A stretch of 64,000 nucleotides of DNA, from positions 124,001 to 188,000 of IMG/VR virus record IMGVR_UViG_3300042544_001590; one strand, 5' to 3'. The position numbers and the translations under genes are program-made. This document shows, one piece after another, positions 47,418-58,390 of the stretch. The notes under the pieces are model-generated. The model had not been told where the DNA came from and did not search any database. It was given only the letters and a program-made list of their open reading frames with translations. How positions within the stretch are numbered: position 1 is the stretch's first letter; each line of letters opens with the position of its first letter.

Positions 47418-49639
47418 GGAATTGTTAAATTATTTATCTCTGTTGTAATCGGAGAACGATCAACAATCTCTGAAGATATACGATTATGAAGTCCAACCAT
47501 ATCAGAATCTTCCAATTCAACATTTTTGATGAATATATTAACAAAATTCGATTTATAAGCTTGATTGCTGCACACGCTTTGAAGGTATTCAACCGTGTCG
47601 GTGCTGTTCCTCATACCGCAAGGTAAAGTAATTGTAATTGGGTCTATTTTAGATTCCCCATCAAGCATTGGAGTGATAAATGCGAGATTTTCTGATGTAT
47701 ATTCTGTGGTTACACCAACTTTCAACAAGGTATTTTGGTTAAAAATGTCCTCATCATTCACCACAAAATCTCCAAACACCAATCTTTTCCCATAAAATTG
47801 GTAAATATCAAAAGTGTAATACCCCACAATTTGATTATTGAGAAAGAAATATAATTGTCCGGTCACAGTATCAATTGAAACACAAACAAAATTGCGCTGG
47901 GATGGTTTATACACAACCGTTTCCGTGAAAGTGGTGGTTTCAACGAATCCGGGATTATAAAGGTTCATTTCAAATATCAGATTATCACCTCTTTTTTCAA
48001 TGGTGAGTCCTCCATTGGTATTATTTCGTTTGCTTTTGAATTTCCAATTTTGTCTATTACCATCAAAATAAAATTTTACGGTGAATTTACCAGCATCATT
48101 CAATTGTTTGAAATAATTAATATTATTTCCGGTTGTTATTAGGGATTGACAGGGTGTTATCACCACCGGATCGGTTATAGATTCTTCCGCTTTAATTCTT
48201 TCATATGTATATTTTCCATTTGGAATGAATACCATATCGCTTTTTTTATCAAACACTGTGAAAGATGAGAGACTGTCTTGTATCGAGGTGTTTGCCGCCA
48301 CCAATTCCTCCACCACATCATCATATGTAGGATTGAATGAATTATCTCCCATCAGTGCTAAGGATTTTTCAATCAAATCGGGGTAATAGTAACGATCCAC
48401 CCAAACTTTTTCACTACCAAGGGGGGAACCGGACAACCAAGTGCATAGATATGTTTGCCCATCATCATAGCTCACTGAAACATCGGAGCGATATACCTTA
48501 TCTGCATATTCGGGCGTTGGATATCCAAATGCCCCCGATTCCACGAATTTTGTATCATTGATATTGATCCTGCTGAATGGGGACATGTTATCCGGCGCAG
48601 TAAAACGATTCAGTCCGGGAAGAATTTCATATGATTTGTTGTAAAGAACATAATTTAGAGCTAAAGTCTCATCTTTTTCAGTGTCAATATCATTGAAAAT
48701 GGATGTATAATTTCGCATACCATCAACGAAAAATTTCAGGTCTTGAGAAGATAGTAATGTGTTGCCCGATGTGAACGTATTGTCTTGGGTGAGTTGATTC
48801 TTTAGAACAATGATATCAGTTGAATCGTTTTCACGGTGTAACAGATAGTTATTCTCCAAATCCTTTAGTATTCCGTTTTCCGATATGGTATTATCGTCCT
48901 CATATTCGACATAAGAAGTATTTGGATTGATATTGAAATCGGAATATATGTCTTTGCTCAGATAAATGGGATTGGCATACACACTCGCTTTATTTGCGGA
49001 TGTAGATGGGGATAGTGTGAGGAGGTTTCCGGTTTTTCTGACAAAATGAGTAATCCCTGATAAGGTTTGAAATAGAAATATTGCCTTATTTGGGCGAGAA
49101 TATATGTATTTGAAATTAGATGCAGTTAATCCCAGATTTTGAGTGTAAAAATTTAATTCATCATTAGCATTTCTAGTCAAATAATACTTTTTGTAATCGT
49201 AATATTGGTAAATATCGCAGACATTATCAGATTTTAGTGTGATGACGAAATTGGTTGACAAAGTATCACCGTTGGTTGTGAAATTATAATTGCCATAGTA
49301 TTCACTCTCATTGTAAATACCCAATAATCCCAATTGTCTATTATCAGCATTTTGAAACGCCAAAAAATTACCCCCAAAGTTCAGATTGGTCAACAACGAA
49401 TCGGATTTCAGAATTTGATCTTCCTTTTCGAGAATGTTCGATACTTTGGTGTTTCTAGTCAGTAAGAAATTGGTATAATTCTTATTTTTGACATCAACGA
49501 TACCCGAAAGAGCGTTGTAAAACGTCAGAGTATAATCTCCTTGATAATATCTTGAAAAATTCTGAAACCTTACATCCTCCAAATTTGAGGAAAGGGGAAC
49601 AGATTCACAGGATGATAATTTATCAAACAAAATAGCCAC
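47414..49639 (-). CDS. large baseplate-region protein with C-terminal LamG/ConA-like segment
   Basis: GTG start at 49639 predicted by TAAATA-N5 rule; FTVKFYF...FVCVSID..TGQLYFFLN pattern. Confidence 0.65.
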   Translation of the reverse strand: MAILFDKLSSCESVPLSSNLEDVRFQNFSRYYQGDYTLTFYNALSGIVDVKNKNYTNFLLTRNTKVSNILEKEDQILKSDSLLTNLNFGGNFLAFQNADNRQLGLLGIYNESEYYGNYNFTTNGDTLSTNFVITLKSDNVCDIYQYYDYKKYYLTRNANDELNFYTQNLGLTASNFKYIYSRPNKAIFLFQTLSGITHFVRKTGNLLTLSPSTSANKASVYANPIYLSKDIYSDFNINPNTSYVEYEDDNTISENGILKDLENNYLLHRENDSTDIIVLKNQLTQDNTFTSGNTLLSSQDLKFFVDGMRNYTSIFNDIDTEKDETLALNYVLYNKSYEILPGLNRFTAPDNMSPFSRININDTKFVESGAFGYPTPEYADKVYRSDVSVSYDDGQTYLCTWLSGSPLGSEKVWVDRYYYPDLIEKSLALMGDNSFNPTYDDVVEELVAANTSIQDSLSSFTVFDKKSDMVFIPNGKYTYERIKAEESITDPVVITPCQSLITTGNNINYFKQLNDAGKFTVKFYFDGNRQNWKFKSKRNNTNGGLTIEKRGDNLIFEMNLYNPGFVETTTFTETVVYKPSQRNFVCVSIDTVTGQLYFFLNNQIVGYYTFDIYQFYGKRLVFGDFVVNDEDIFNQNTLLKVGVTTEYTSENLAFITPMLDGESKIDPITITLPCGMRNSTDTVEYLQSVCSNQAYKSNFVNIFIKNVELEDSDMVGLHNRISSEIVDRSPITTEINNLTIP

Positions 49640-49643
49640 AAGA

Positions 49644-50129
49644 TTATTTAATGAGTAATTCCAATAGATAACCACCTTCATCAGTCACCAACTGATGAAT
49701 CTTTGAACCGCTCTGTAAATAATCTGTATTTACAAGCTTAACATCTCTCACTGATGTCGCATAATCATAGTTGGTGATGGATAAAGGTAATGTAAAAGTT
49801 GATATATCAGTATTGGTATAATATAAGGAAACCGTCGCTGTCAGTGTTTGGCTTGTGGAGATGGCAGATGGGAAGTATTCGTGTGTGTAGGTGGTCATCA
49901 GAAGAGATGAAAACACGTTGGATGCAATGTTTTGATTCTGTAGTATATCATTTTCAAAGAAATCTTCCACATTATCTCCCCAATCAATGGTTAGGTGTGT
50001 GGGAAAAATTCGTTCAGTGGCTCCCGATAACGATAATGTCAACAAGGTATGATCAACCACACCTATTGTTGAATAGGTGGTGGTTTGATTGGTGTTTGTT
50101 GAAGACAAGGATAGGAATTTGGTGTTCAT
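49644..50129 (-). CDS. Ig/PKD-like structural protein
   Basis: LTIDWGD motif, beta-rich. Confidence 0.6.
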   Translation of the reverse strand: MNTKFLSLSSTNTNQTTTYSTIGVVDHTLLTLSLSGATERIFPTHLTIDWGDNVEDFFENDILQNQNIASNVFSSLLMTTYTHEYFPSAISTSQTLTATVSLYYTNTDISTFTLPLSITNYDYATSVRDVKLVNTDYLQSGSKIHQLVTDEGGYLLELLIK

Positions 50130-52690
50130 CGTTGTTTGATTTGCTTATGGTTAATCATGGAGAACGGATTCAATTTGAAATCGAATTCCTGAATGATGAA
50201 TTGATTGTCCACGGTTTTCATGAGGAATGATATATTATATTGATCGGAGCGATTATCATAGGTGAACATGGGTTCTTCCGCCTTGATGTATGCTTCCGAT
50301 CCTCCCGACACAGCATAGAAGTTGGTCAAACCTCCCACTAAATGAATTTTTCTAATATGTTTGGTAGTATCAATTTCATAAATTGTTGGATATATTTTGA
50401 AATCGTTACCCACCACTGGATAAGTCTCAACATCCAATCTTGCGTAATACACCTTATCTTTTTTCTTATATCTCTTGGATATCTTTTGGTAAGGATTATC
50501 GTTGAACGATGTGACATATGTAGATTCTTTGGGATTTACAAATTCCCCGTTCTCGAAAAGGATTTTTTGGACGATTAGATTGTTATCGGTTTGGATAAAC
50601 ATGGTGTCACCCACCACTTCAAACGATAAAACACCTGACAATTCATTGTAAACGGAACTCAACAAGGTTGTTGAGAGATAACCGAATGTTGTTTGGAGTG
50701 GTTTCACTTCTTTGGTGTATGCATTTCTAACATACATGGTGCCAGTAGATGACAATCTTGTGAAATAATTCTCAGTGGGGGAAGATGAAAGATTGTAAAC
50801 GCTGGTTTGCAGCACTGTAGGATCGTAGTAGATGGATGGAAGCTGGAATTGTATATCACATAGCGAATTTGTTACTTTACCACCATCAATCATGAAAGTC
50901 GTTGTTTCATCGGGAACAATTTCTTGGGTAGCGTTTGCAGTCAGGGTTGGATACGAAGGATCAACCAAGGCTCTTTGCAGGGGGGACGAGTCATGAACAC
51001 CCCCTTCGATCAAACGGGAGTAATAGTAAGTGCCACTGAGAGGATAGCCACTCAAATCAGATGAAATGGTATCGGTCGCGGGAACTCCATTGCGGAAAAC
51101 ATTATAACCTTCCAGAATTTGACAACTTGGATAAAAATCGGGAGGATATACGAACTCATCAGTGAATTTACCACCAAAGAGGATATAATGACGGGAGAAA
51201 TCCGTGGTGAAACCTCCAGTGTATGAGGATAACCCCGATCTTGTGGTGTATGGGAAGGTGGAATCATCAACTGTTGAATAATCGAAGGCATATCCTTCCC
51301 CATATTTGAAATCGTAAAATGTGTGACCATCCAGAATGATATATTGTTTTTCCGTTTCGGGAATTACCTTGATGGTTTGCTTGAAGCTTCCATCATTTTT
51401 AAACAAACCATAGAGATTGTTATAGATATCCTCCTTGGCATCCTGAATGTAACCCGATTCAAACACCTTATCCAGATATTTGGAAGGTGTCGTCTCCGTT
51501 TGGGATATATAACCGTAATATTGGGAATCGCTTTTATTACTAATCGGTTGATTTTTGGCTTTTCCCGAAGAATCATTGCGTTTCAGGAACAAATCGTTGT
51601 TCACAAACGTGAGAACACCATCATTATTACCTCTGATATCAGGATCAGGAAAATAATAGATGGTATTTGGTTCCAAATTATTAAAATTGAAGGAATATGA
51701 AGGTCTTTCCCCATCAATTAAAATAATGGATAGCTTGTGGGGGCGAAAGAACCCCATTTCCATGGGTGTTTTGAACTCTTTTCTCTGCGTGGAGGCTGTT
51801 GTGGGGTATTTGGTATTGAAAAAAGAAGCTGCCGGATTATCAGCGTCCAACATCTTACCAGAAATAAAATCATATACAGTGGAACCCGTGGAAAGATAAT
51901 AATAATTGGAGGAAATATATTTTTCCGTCAATTTTCTTTTATTATCCAATAAGGAATCCCCTTCTTTCAGTTCTATCAGGGGAGCGGATACACCCGCGAA
52001 GATTTCAGGAATGAGTTCCGCATTGGTTTTGAGGAAAATATCCAACCCATAATCCAAATCCTTGTTGTCATATATCTGATCATTGGGAGTCTGATTGAAG
52101 TATTCAGGATATGTTTCATACAATTCTTCAATTTCAACTTCCAAATTGTTTTTCAGATTGGAAAAGTCATAATTGATCTTTCTGTTATCAATATTTTCCA
52201 GATAATTTATGGTGATATCCTTGATATCCTTGGTCAATCCAAAATTTGTTCCTGAAATTCGCTTCTTGGTGATCTGAAATTTGGCTTCTTCCCGTTTTTT
52301 ATTGTAATATTCCGAAATTTCAATCAATTTACGGGAATAAAACGGAATGGCAATATCAAGGTCAAGCGGATCATTGAAATCTAGCTTGGAAAGGAATTTC
52401 TGTTCCTCCAAAGTGGTGTATTCCAGATTGACATCCTGAATGAATTCCCGATAACGCTCAATGATTACGGAATTAGCATCAACAGTCTTGGTATTCTTTA
52501 CAAAATTCCATACCTTGAGATATGCTGTGTAATAATCCTGATTCTTGGAAGGATTGAACGACGCATCCATCGTTTTGATGAATTGTAGGAAAGAAAGGGG
52601 AGTATTCGCATCCAGAGCATCACGAACCATCACATTTGGATTGGTGATGGACTTGGGAATGTTCGGATAACCTAATGATGTTAGAGTCAT
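50126..52690 (-). CDS. large structural (baseplate-region) protein
   Basis: 854 aa; TAAATA-N6-ATG. Confidence 0.7.
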   Translation of the reverse strand: MTLTSLGYPNIPKSITNPNVMVRDALDANTPLSFLQFIKTMDASFNPSKNQDYYTAYLKVWNFVKNTKTVDANSVIIERYREFIQDVNLEYTTLEEQKFLSKLDFNDPLDLDIAIPFYSRKLIEISEYYNKKREEAKFQITKKRISGTNFGLTKDIKDITINYLENIDNRKINYDFSNLKNNLEVEIEELYETYPEYFNQTPNDQIYDNKDLDYGLDIFLKTNAELIPEIFAGVSAPLIELKEGDSLLDNKRKLTEKYISSNYYYLSTGSTVYDFISGKMLDADNPAASFFNTKYPTTASTQRKEFKTPMEMGFFRPHKLSIILIDGERPSYSFNFNNLEPNTIYYFPDPDIRGNNDGVLTFVNNDLFLKRNDSSGKAKNQPISNKSDSQYYGYISQTETTPSKYLDKVFESGYIQDAKEDIYNNLYGLFKNDGSFKQTIKVIPETEKQYIILDGHTFYDFKYGEGYAFDYSTVDDSTFPYTTRSGLSSYTGGFTTDFSRHYILFGGKFTDEFVYPPDFYPSCQILEGYNVFRNGVPATDTISSDLSGYPLSGTYYYSRLIEGGVHDSSPLQRALVDPSYPTLTANATQEIVPDETTTFMIDGGKVTNSLCDIQFQLPSIYYDPTVLQTSVYNLSSSPTENYFTRLSSTGTMYVRNAYTKEVKPLQTTFGYLSTTLLSSVYNELSGVLSFEVVGDTMFIQTDNNLIVQKILFENGEFVNPKESTYVTSFNDNPYQKISKRYKKKDKVYYARLDVETYPVVGNDFKIYPTIYEIDTTKHIRKIHLVGGLTNFYAVSGGSEAYIKAEEPMFTYDNRSDQYNISFLMKTVDNQFIIQEFDFKLNPFSMINHKQIKQR

Positions 52691-52699
52691 TTATCTTAT

Positions 52700-54784
52700 T
52701 TAAGCCGAATGGAATAATGATAAAGACTGATAAAGAGTATCCCGCAAAGAAATGTTCATCATTTCCGAGTTATAATCAAAATCAAATTCCTCAAAGATCG
52801 GTTCCGATGTTTCAGTGAGAATTGGATCACCATTCTCATCCCTCAGAACATGTTTGGATGAAAGGTTATCATAGAGGGTGTAATCATACACAATGCTATT
52901 GTCAACGAGGGTGTTTTCATATCCTGATTGATATTCAAAGAACAGATAATACTTCTCCAGATCAGAATATTGGTATGTATCGGGAAGAACCAAAGGCCAA
53001 CCCCAATTTGCATTGTATCCAGATAGCATGTAAGCACTCAGTCCGGTTGATTCCGTGGGTTGCTCGGTGTTTAACAACACATAGCGGTTGGAGAATTTTT
53101 CGAGGGCTACAATGGGAGTTCCCGCTGATATGATGTAGGTATCAGTGTTTATCTCATCCCCCAGATTGGTTCCAAAGATTTCTTTGGAGGAGAATCCCTT
53201 GATATCAAAATTCTCCTTAAATTTGTTATTATATCCAATCAACTTGTTCTTGCTGATTGATCCCAAGTCCAGAATACGCTTGATTTTCTCAGGATATGTG
53301 AAAAGGTTGGATTCAAACACATCATTGTCAACTCCCGTCATTTTCATTTGGGAAATCAGGGAGAATATTTCTCCTCTATCCACATCTTGGGTGTTTTCCA
53401 CGAAATTGGTGATCTTTTCATAGATTTTCTTACCAAGGGTGTCATAAGAAGAACTAAGTGTTCCAAACGCCGATCCCATAAAATCATCAAACAATACCGT
53501 CTTATCCAAAAGGAATTCTTGGAATCTCAAACCCTTAAATGTCTCTTGGGCATCAAAATCTTCATTTCTCTTTTCAATGGAAATATAATTTTTAGGATAT
53601 ACGTCGAAATAATCGGTGACACCAGCCAAGGAATAAGAAGTTCCCTGATCGTTAGTGGTAGTGAGGGAAGCACTCAACTGGACATAATGAACAACACTAT
53701 CGATGTTGAATTTCACCTTACCTCTGGCCGAACCGTAATAAGCTCCCACATCTTCCAATTCATAATAGGAAGAATTCATAACATCGCCGCTTGACAATAC
53801 TATAACATTGACATCAGAAGCGGAAAGCAAGGGGAAGTTCTTGACGCTGAAATTCTCCGAATCCTTGATCTTGACTACAAATGGGATATCAACTTGAGCA
53901 AATTTTCTCCCATCAATGTTGAAAGAATCAATCTCATAGAATTCCCCATCCAGACCATTGCTGGTGATGGACAAATCTTCAACTTCATCATTATCCACGA
54001 TAAGAGCCGATAGAGAAATCTTGGCATTATTCCGATTGTTGAGATATTCCACACTTCTATCGAAAAACAGGTCAATGTTGATTCGGTTGATGGAATCATC
54101 CTTGAAATGGATATCCTTGGTTCCCGATACCCCCACAAAAAATGAATTGTTGTCGCTTTCCGTGGCATTTATCAGATTGGTTCCCGATATCTTGGCATAG
54201 ACGGAAGTATTTTCAGTGGTAATGCGATCAATCTCCTGATATTGGTAGCTTGAGAGATAATTATTATAAATTTTCTCGTGGAAAGCATAGGTCTTATCCA
54301 AATGACGGAATTTATCCACATCATCGAAGTAATAATCGCTGTTGCTGCCACTGATACGATAGAATAGGCTTGTGATGGGAATGGTGGGGGGATAATATGC
54401 TCGTATTGTGATAGGATCACTAATTTGCCCCAATTTCCATGAAATATTATCATAATAGGTGGGACTATCAAAATCTACGGTGAACGTGTGCTTGAGATAA
54501 TCAATGATGTGGATGATCTTGTATTCTGTGGAAATCACAGCATTGGAATAGCAATCATAGAGGGTGAAATTGACGACATATTTACCCGGATTTTCCCAAT
54601 ACTTCTGAGCAGTCAGAGAAGAGGAAATCGTACCATCTCCAAAGTCCCATAAGACCCGAACATAGCTGAAATCATCCAGATCGGGAATGAACCGAAGCGG
54701 TGTCTGTTCCAAAGCATAGGAACTCAATACATTTTCGTTCTTCCAATCCAGAACATCAAATTCAATATCGCTAAAAATGCTCAT
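52700..54784 (-). CDS. PKD-domain baseplate-region protein
   Basis: VLWDFGDGT...H.W.NPGKY.V PKD-like motif; follows gp6. Confidence 0.7.
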   Translation of the reverse strand: MSIFSDIEFDVLDWKNENVLSSYALEQTPLRFIPDLDDFSYVRVLWDFGDGTISSSLTAQKYWENPGKYVVNFTLYDCYSNAVISTEYKIIHIIDYLKHTFTVDFDSPTYYDNISWKLGQISDPITIRAYYPPTIPITSLFYRISGSNSDYYFDDVDKFRHLDKTYAFHEKIYNNYLSSYQYQEIDRITTENTSVYAKISGTNLINATESDNNSFFVGVSGTKDIHFKDDSINRINIDLFFDRSVEYLNNRNNAKISLSALIVDNDEVEDLSITSNGLDGEFYEIDSFNIDGRKFAQVDIPFVVKIKDSENFSVKNFPLLSASDVNVIVLSSGDVMNSSYYELEDVGAYYGSARGKVKFNIDSVVHYVQLSASLTTTNDQGTSYSLAGVTDYFDVYPKNYISIEKRNEDFDAQETFKGLRFQEFLLDKTVLFDDFMGSAFGTLSSSYDTLGKKIYEKITNFVENTQDVDRGEIFSLISQMKMTGVDNDVFESNLFTYPEKIKRILDLGSISKNKLIGYNNKFKENFDIKGFSSKEIFGTNLGDEINTDTYIISAGTPIVALEKFSNRYVLLNTEQPTESTGLSAYMLSGYNANWGWPLVLPDTYQYSDLEKYYLFFEYQSGYENTLVDNSIVYDYTLYDNLSSKHVLRDENGDPILTETSEPIFEEFDFDYNSEMMNISLRDTLYQSLSLFHSA

Positions 54785-56592
54785 TATTCGCTATCCGTGA
54801 TTAGGATTCTATCTCCGATTGTTTGTGGTCTATAAAAATATGGGAACTTGAAAAATGGAAGTGTTGTGGTTTGGTTCACAAATTCCTCATCAACCCCCTC
54901 ATAGACAGGATTCCAGCTTATGAAGGAGATTCCGTTGAAAATCTCGTTTCCGTTGCGGGTTCTGATCTTGTCAACACCTTCCAATCCAAGAATTGTGGAT
55001 GTCAGGTCTGATAGATCAAGTCTTTGTCCCAGAGAATTGTTGAGAGGATTGAAGAAATCCAGAATAATATTAATAATTCTCTTTTTCAGGTTTTCCTTGT
55101 TGATCTTGGAATTGGATGTGCGAACGATTTCCAGCTTGGATGTCAAATACACATCCTTATCAGCAGCTTGAGCCGAATATCCAATATCAAATGCCGTGTA
55201 GATCGGATCACGGGGAACAACTTCATGACTAAGCATCTTTTTATCGGAAGTGGAGTCGATGATTAGGTTTTTCAGGCTGTTTGAAAGGAATGGGGGATAC
55301 TCCGCATCCGTTTGAACCACGAATTTGGGAACCACGAAGATATTCACATTGTTGAAGTCACAAGAATCCGCAAAATTCACCTGATTTAGTATAACCCTGT
55401 TCGATTTGTTGGGGTCAACGCAGATACGATAAAAATAATCAATATATTCCCCAATGAATCGCTTGTTATTCACCACTTCCACCGATTGGAGAACATTGGA
55501 AAGGTTTTTGGTGAGATATGTATCATAATCCACCTCAGTCACAAGCCTAAGCTGGGAACTGAGATACTTGGGAACATTCTGGCGAATCTGATCCACTGTC
55601 TCCCCATCGGAGATTGCCGTGGAATTGGCAGTATTGGAGAAATTCAGGGTAGCATTGTTTGTCAGGTCAATTATGGATGAAGGATCGACGGTAATCACAT
55701 CATTGTAGATTGCCGTGAATTGGGAAGTGTTGAAATTGAACAATTTGTTACCATTGATGACGTTCTTGCTGATAATACCCTTGTTATTATCACTCAGGAT
55801 ATAATAAACGGCAACCTGATCACCTTCGGCAAGTTTCTTACCAAACACATCATTACCGAACTTGATTTCATAATGACCATTCTCATTGAGACGAACGCTG
55901 TAATATCTATCGGAATCGGGAGTGAGGAACAGATTGTCAATCTCTTCCCATTCATACCAAGTGGCATCTCCGATTTCTTTCACATAAACACTGAGAGTTC
56001 CATGGGCAATGAAACGGTCATCGTTCTCATCCACCAGATTATCCACAACAACAGGGAACGTTTCAAATTCCTTACCTTCCGCTGTGTAGATGGGGTATTC
56101 CTGAACGGTTCCCTGATACAGAATGAGATTATTTTCAATGGAATCAATTTTCTCCGATCCGCTTGTGGTTTTCTCAAAGGAGAAATCGTTCAGGACGGTG
56201 TATTGGATGTTATTGACAAGGAAATAGGAATACTTGCGGAGAGTGTAGTTCCCCGCTGCTAGAGAGGCACTGGCGGTGCAAGTAACGGGAACAAGGGACG
56301 TTTGCTTGCCCGTAGGATTGTAACCCACAAGGTTCACAATCTTGTTCATGTTTTCATAGAGCGATGTCTGGGAGAAAAGGGCTTCCGATCCCGTCTGGTT
56401 CAAATAGAAAAGCAGGGTGTGGTAGCTGTAAGCGATAATGTCGATGAAAGAAGCCAGATTACTCCCCTCGTAATTCTGATCCGTGAATTTGGGATTCTCA
56501 TTCAACCGTTGAATGATGAAATCTTTCAGGGACAACGCATCAAAGTTGATATAGGCGTTTTTGGGCAGGTTATACTCAAGAGAATCATTCAT
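54784..56592 (-). CDS. gp6: baseplate wedge protein (T4 gp6-like)
   Basis: FDALSLK..I..RL....FTDQNYEGSNLASFIDIIAY; KFGNDVFGKK; ETVDQIR...RLVT..DY. Confidence 0.85.
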   Translation of the reverse strand: MNDSLEYNLPKNAYINFDALSLKDFIIQRLNENPKFTDQNYEGSNLASFIDIIAYSYHTLLFYLNQTGSEALFSQTSLYENMNKIVNLVGYNPTGKQTSLVPVTCTASASLAAGNYTLRKYSYFLVNNIQYTVLNDFSFEKTTSGSEKIDSIENNLILYQGTVQEYPIYTAEGKEFETFPVVVDNLVDENDDRFIAHGTLSVYVKEIGDATWYEWEEIDNLFLTPDSDRYYSVRLNENGHYEIKFGNDVFGKKLAEGDQVAVYYILSDNNKGIISKNVINGNKLFNFNTSQFTAIYNDVITVDPSSIIDLTNNATLNFSNTANSTAISDGETVDQIRQNVPKYLSSQLRLVTEVDYDTYLTKNLSNVLQSVEVVNNKRFIGEYIDYFYRICVDPNKSNRVILNQVNFADSCDFNNVNIFVVPKFVVQTDAEYPPFLSNSLKNLIIDSTSDKKMLSHEVVPRDPIYTAFDIGYSAQAADKDVYLTSKLEIVRTSNSKINKENLKKRIINIILDFFNPLNNSLGQRLDLSDLTSTILGLEGVDKIRTRNGNEIFNGISFISWNPVYEGVDEEFVNQTTTLPFFKFPYFYRPQTIGDRILITDSE

Positions 56593-56630
56593 TGTTATTA
56601 TTTAGGAGGATGATATTAAATAATCATATG
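56590..56630. promoter_or_regulatory. bidirectional late promoter cassette (variant spacing)
   Basis: CAT-N6-TATTTA-N12-TAAATA-N5-ATG. Confidence 0.6.
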
Positions 56631-57908
56631 GAATTTGATAAGCTGTATCGTGAATTGATGTTGGAGTTCTCGGAAGGAGCGATCCGTAACATTGTGAAGA
56701 AATTCCAAAACGATGCCACGGAACAAGAAATCCGTAGAGAGGTTCAGGATTTTGAAAAGTATAAGAACGCTTTACAAAAGAAAGACCCTTTCCAATATAA
56801 ATCGTGGATAGAGTTCACGGAAGCGATCCATGCTGCAAAGGGTAAGGCTGAATTTAAAAGGAAAAAAGCACCAACCCAAGATGTTGTTGCCAATCAGGAT
56901 GATATCATAGCCGATGATGAGAACGTGACCATCTATCGGGGAGATTCCCAAGACAAGTGCGTGTTATATGGAAAGGGTTATTCTTTCTGTATCTCAAGAC
57001 AGGTTGGAGGTAATATGTTCTCTAACTATCGTTTGGGTAAAGAATCTACATTCTATTTCATATATTTCAAGAAGAAACCGAAGAGTGCGGTTGACCATAT
57101 TATGGTGTTGGATCATACCAAGCATGGGTATGAATGGACTTTTGCCGATAATGATACTAAAAAGGTGAATGGTGGGTGGGATGAGGTGGTGGGTAAATAT
57201 CCAGAATTAAAGAAATATGAAAAATTATTAGTTAATAAAAAGTTGGATGATGAAGAGAGTGAATTTATAAAAGTGTTAAAGAATTTTTCTAAAAATCCAA
57301 GATTAGAAAATTTTAATAAATTCTCTTATGAACAAAAAGCACAAGCTCTTAAAAGTGTTGTTGATTTAAGTGATCAAATATGGAACGCTTTAGATTCTAC
57401 TTTGAGAAATGAATTTTTGAGCATAGGTCCAAATTTAACAAAACATCAAGCATTTAATCTTAAACCTAATGAAATTGAACGGTATAAAAAAACAAGAAAT
57501 CTTTCCAGACAACATTTAATTGATGATTATAAATATAAGGAAAATATATTTGATTTTTCAGATGATGAAAGATTGGCATTGGAGTATATGGAAAAAGTTG
57601 GAAGTTCAAAATTTTTCAAAGATGATAGATTATCTAATAAAAAATTAAAGTTTGAAACATCTAATGATTATGAAAGGTCTATTTATGACTTGGTTTTTGA
57701 TGAAAACGGTGCATTAGTGACATATCAAAATATTGTAAGAGATGTTTTTGGGGGGAATCCAGATGATGTTTTATACATAAAGTATGATACGAATGGAAAT
57801 ATTATTAATATTGAATCAAGCTATGATGATATTGAAGATACTTCAAATTATAATGAATCTATCCATTTTGATAAATATTATCAAAAGATAATGTCAAGTC
57901 TCTTTTAA
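56628..57908 (+). CDS. hypothetical late protein, putative head-internal
   Basis: MEFDKLYRELMLE; KCVLYGKGYSFCISR recalls a PcfJ-like motif; AT-rich 3' half. Confidence 0.65.
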   Translation: MEFDKLYRELMLEFSEGAIRNIVKKFQNDATEQEIRREVQDFEKYKNALQKKDPFQYKSWIEFTEAIHAAKGKAEFKRKKAPTQDVVANQDDIIADDENVTIYRGDSQDKCVLYGKGYSFCISRQVGGNMFSNYRLGKESTFYFIYFKKKPKSAVDHIMVLDHTKHGYEWTFADNDTKKVNGGWDEVVGKYPELKKYEKLLVNKKLDDEESEFIKVLKNFSKNPRLENFNKFSYEQKAQALKSVVDLSDQIWNALDSTLRNEFLSIGPNLTKHQAFNLKPNEIERYKKTRNLSRQHLIDDYKYKENIFDFSDDERLALEYMEKVGSSKFFKDDRLSNKKLKFETSNDYERSIYDLVFDENGALVTYQNIVRDVFGGNPDDVLYIKYDTNGNIINIESSYDDIEDTSNYNESIHFDKYYQKIMSSLF

Positions 57909-58390
57909 ATAATTGAATAACCCGTGGAATTCAGCTTCGATTTCAGGGAAAGCCCCTTGACACCCAGAGATGGAACATCAATTTGCAGAGACACATCATA
58001 TTCCTGCGCGTCCTCATTACCCACAACACTCACGTTTCTCACGACAATGCGTGGTTCCGAACGGGGTAATTTCCGTTCAATGTCATCCTGAATGTCTTCC
58101 GCTGTGAATTCATCCACTGGTTCAAACAGATAGCGTCTCAGATCAATGCCAAAGGTTGGATTGAGTATCTTTTGACCGGGAGATGTAAGGAAAGCATTGG
58201 AAATGCTTGTCTTGATGGCTTCCACATCGAAAATAGCCTGAATATCCTTCAGTTGCTCTTTGCGATTGAGTTGGTTGTTGAAAGAATACGAAGGTTCCAG
58301 ATCAAACGACACATCCTTGTAGAGATAATCGTTTTTCAGGGATACTTCATCAATCTTGGATGCTTGAAGTGATTTGATTTTGATGTTCAT
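57905..58390 (-). CDS. gp25: baseplate wedge subunit gp25-like
   Basis: AIKTSISN.FLT.PG.KILNPTFG.DL..YLFEP...EPRI. Confidence 0.88.
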   Translation of the reverse strand: MNIKIKSLQASKIDEVSLKNDYLYKDVSFDLEPSYSFNNQLNRKEQLKDIQAIFDVEAIKTSISNAFLTSPGQKILNPTFGIDLRRYLFEPVDEFTAEDIQDDIERKLPRSEPRIVVRNVSVVGNEDAQEYDVSLQIDVPSLGVKGLSLKSKLNSTGYSII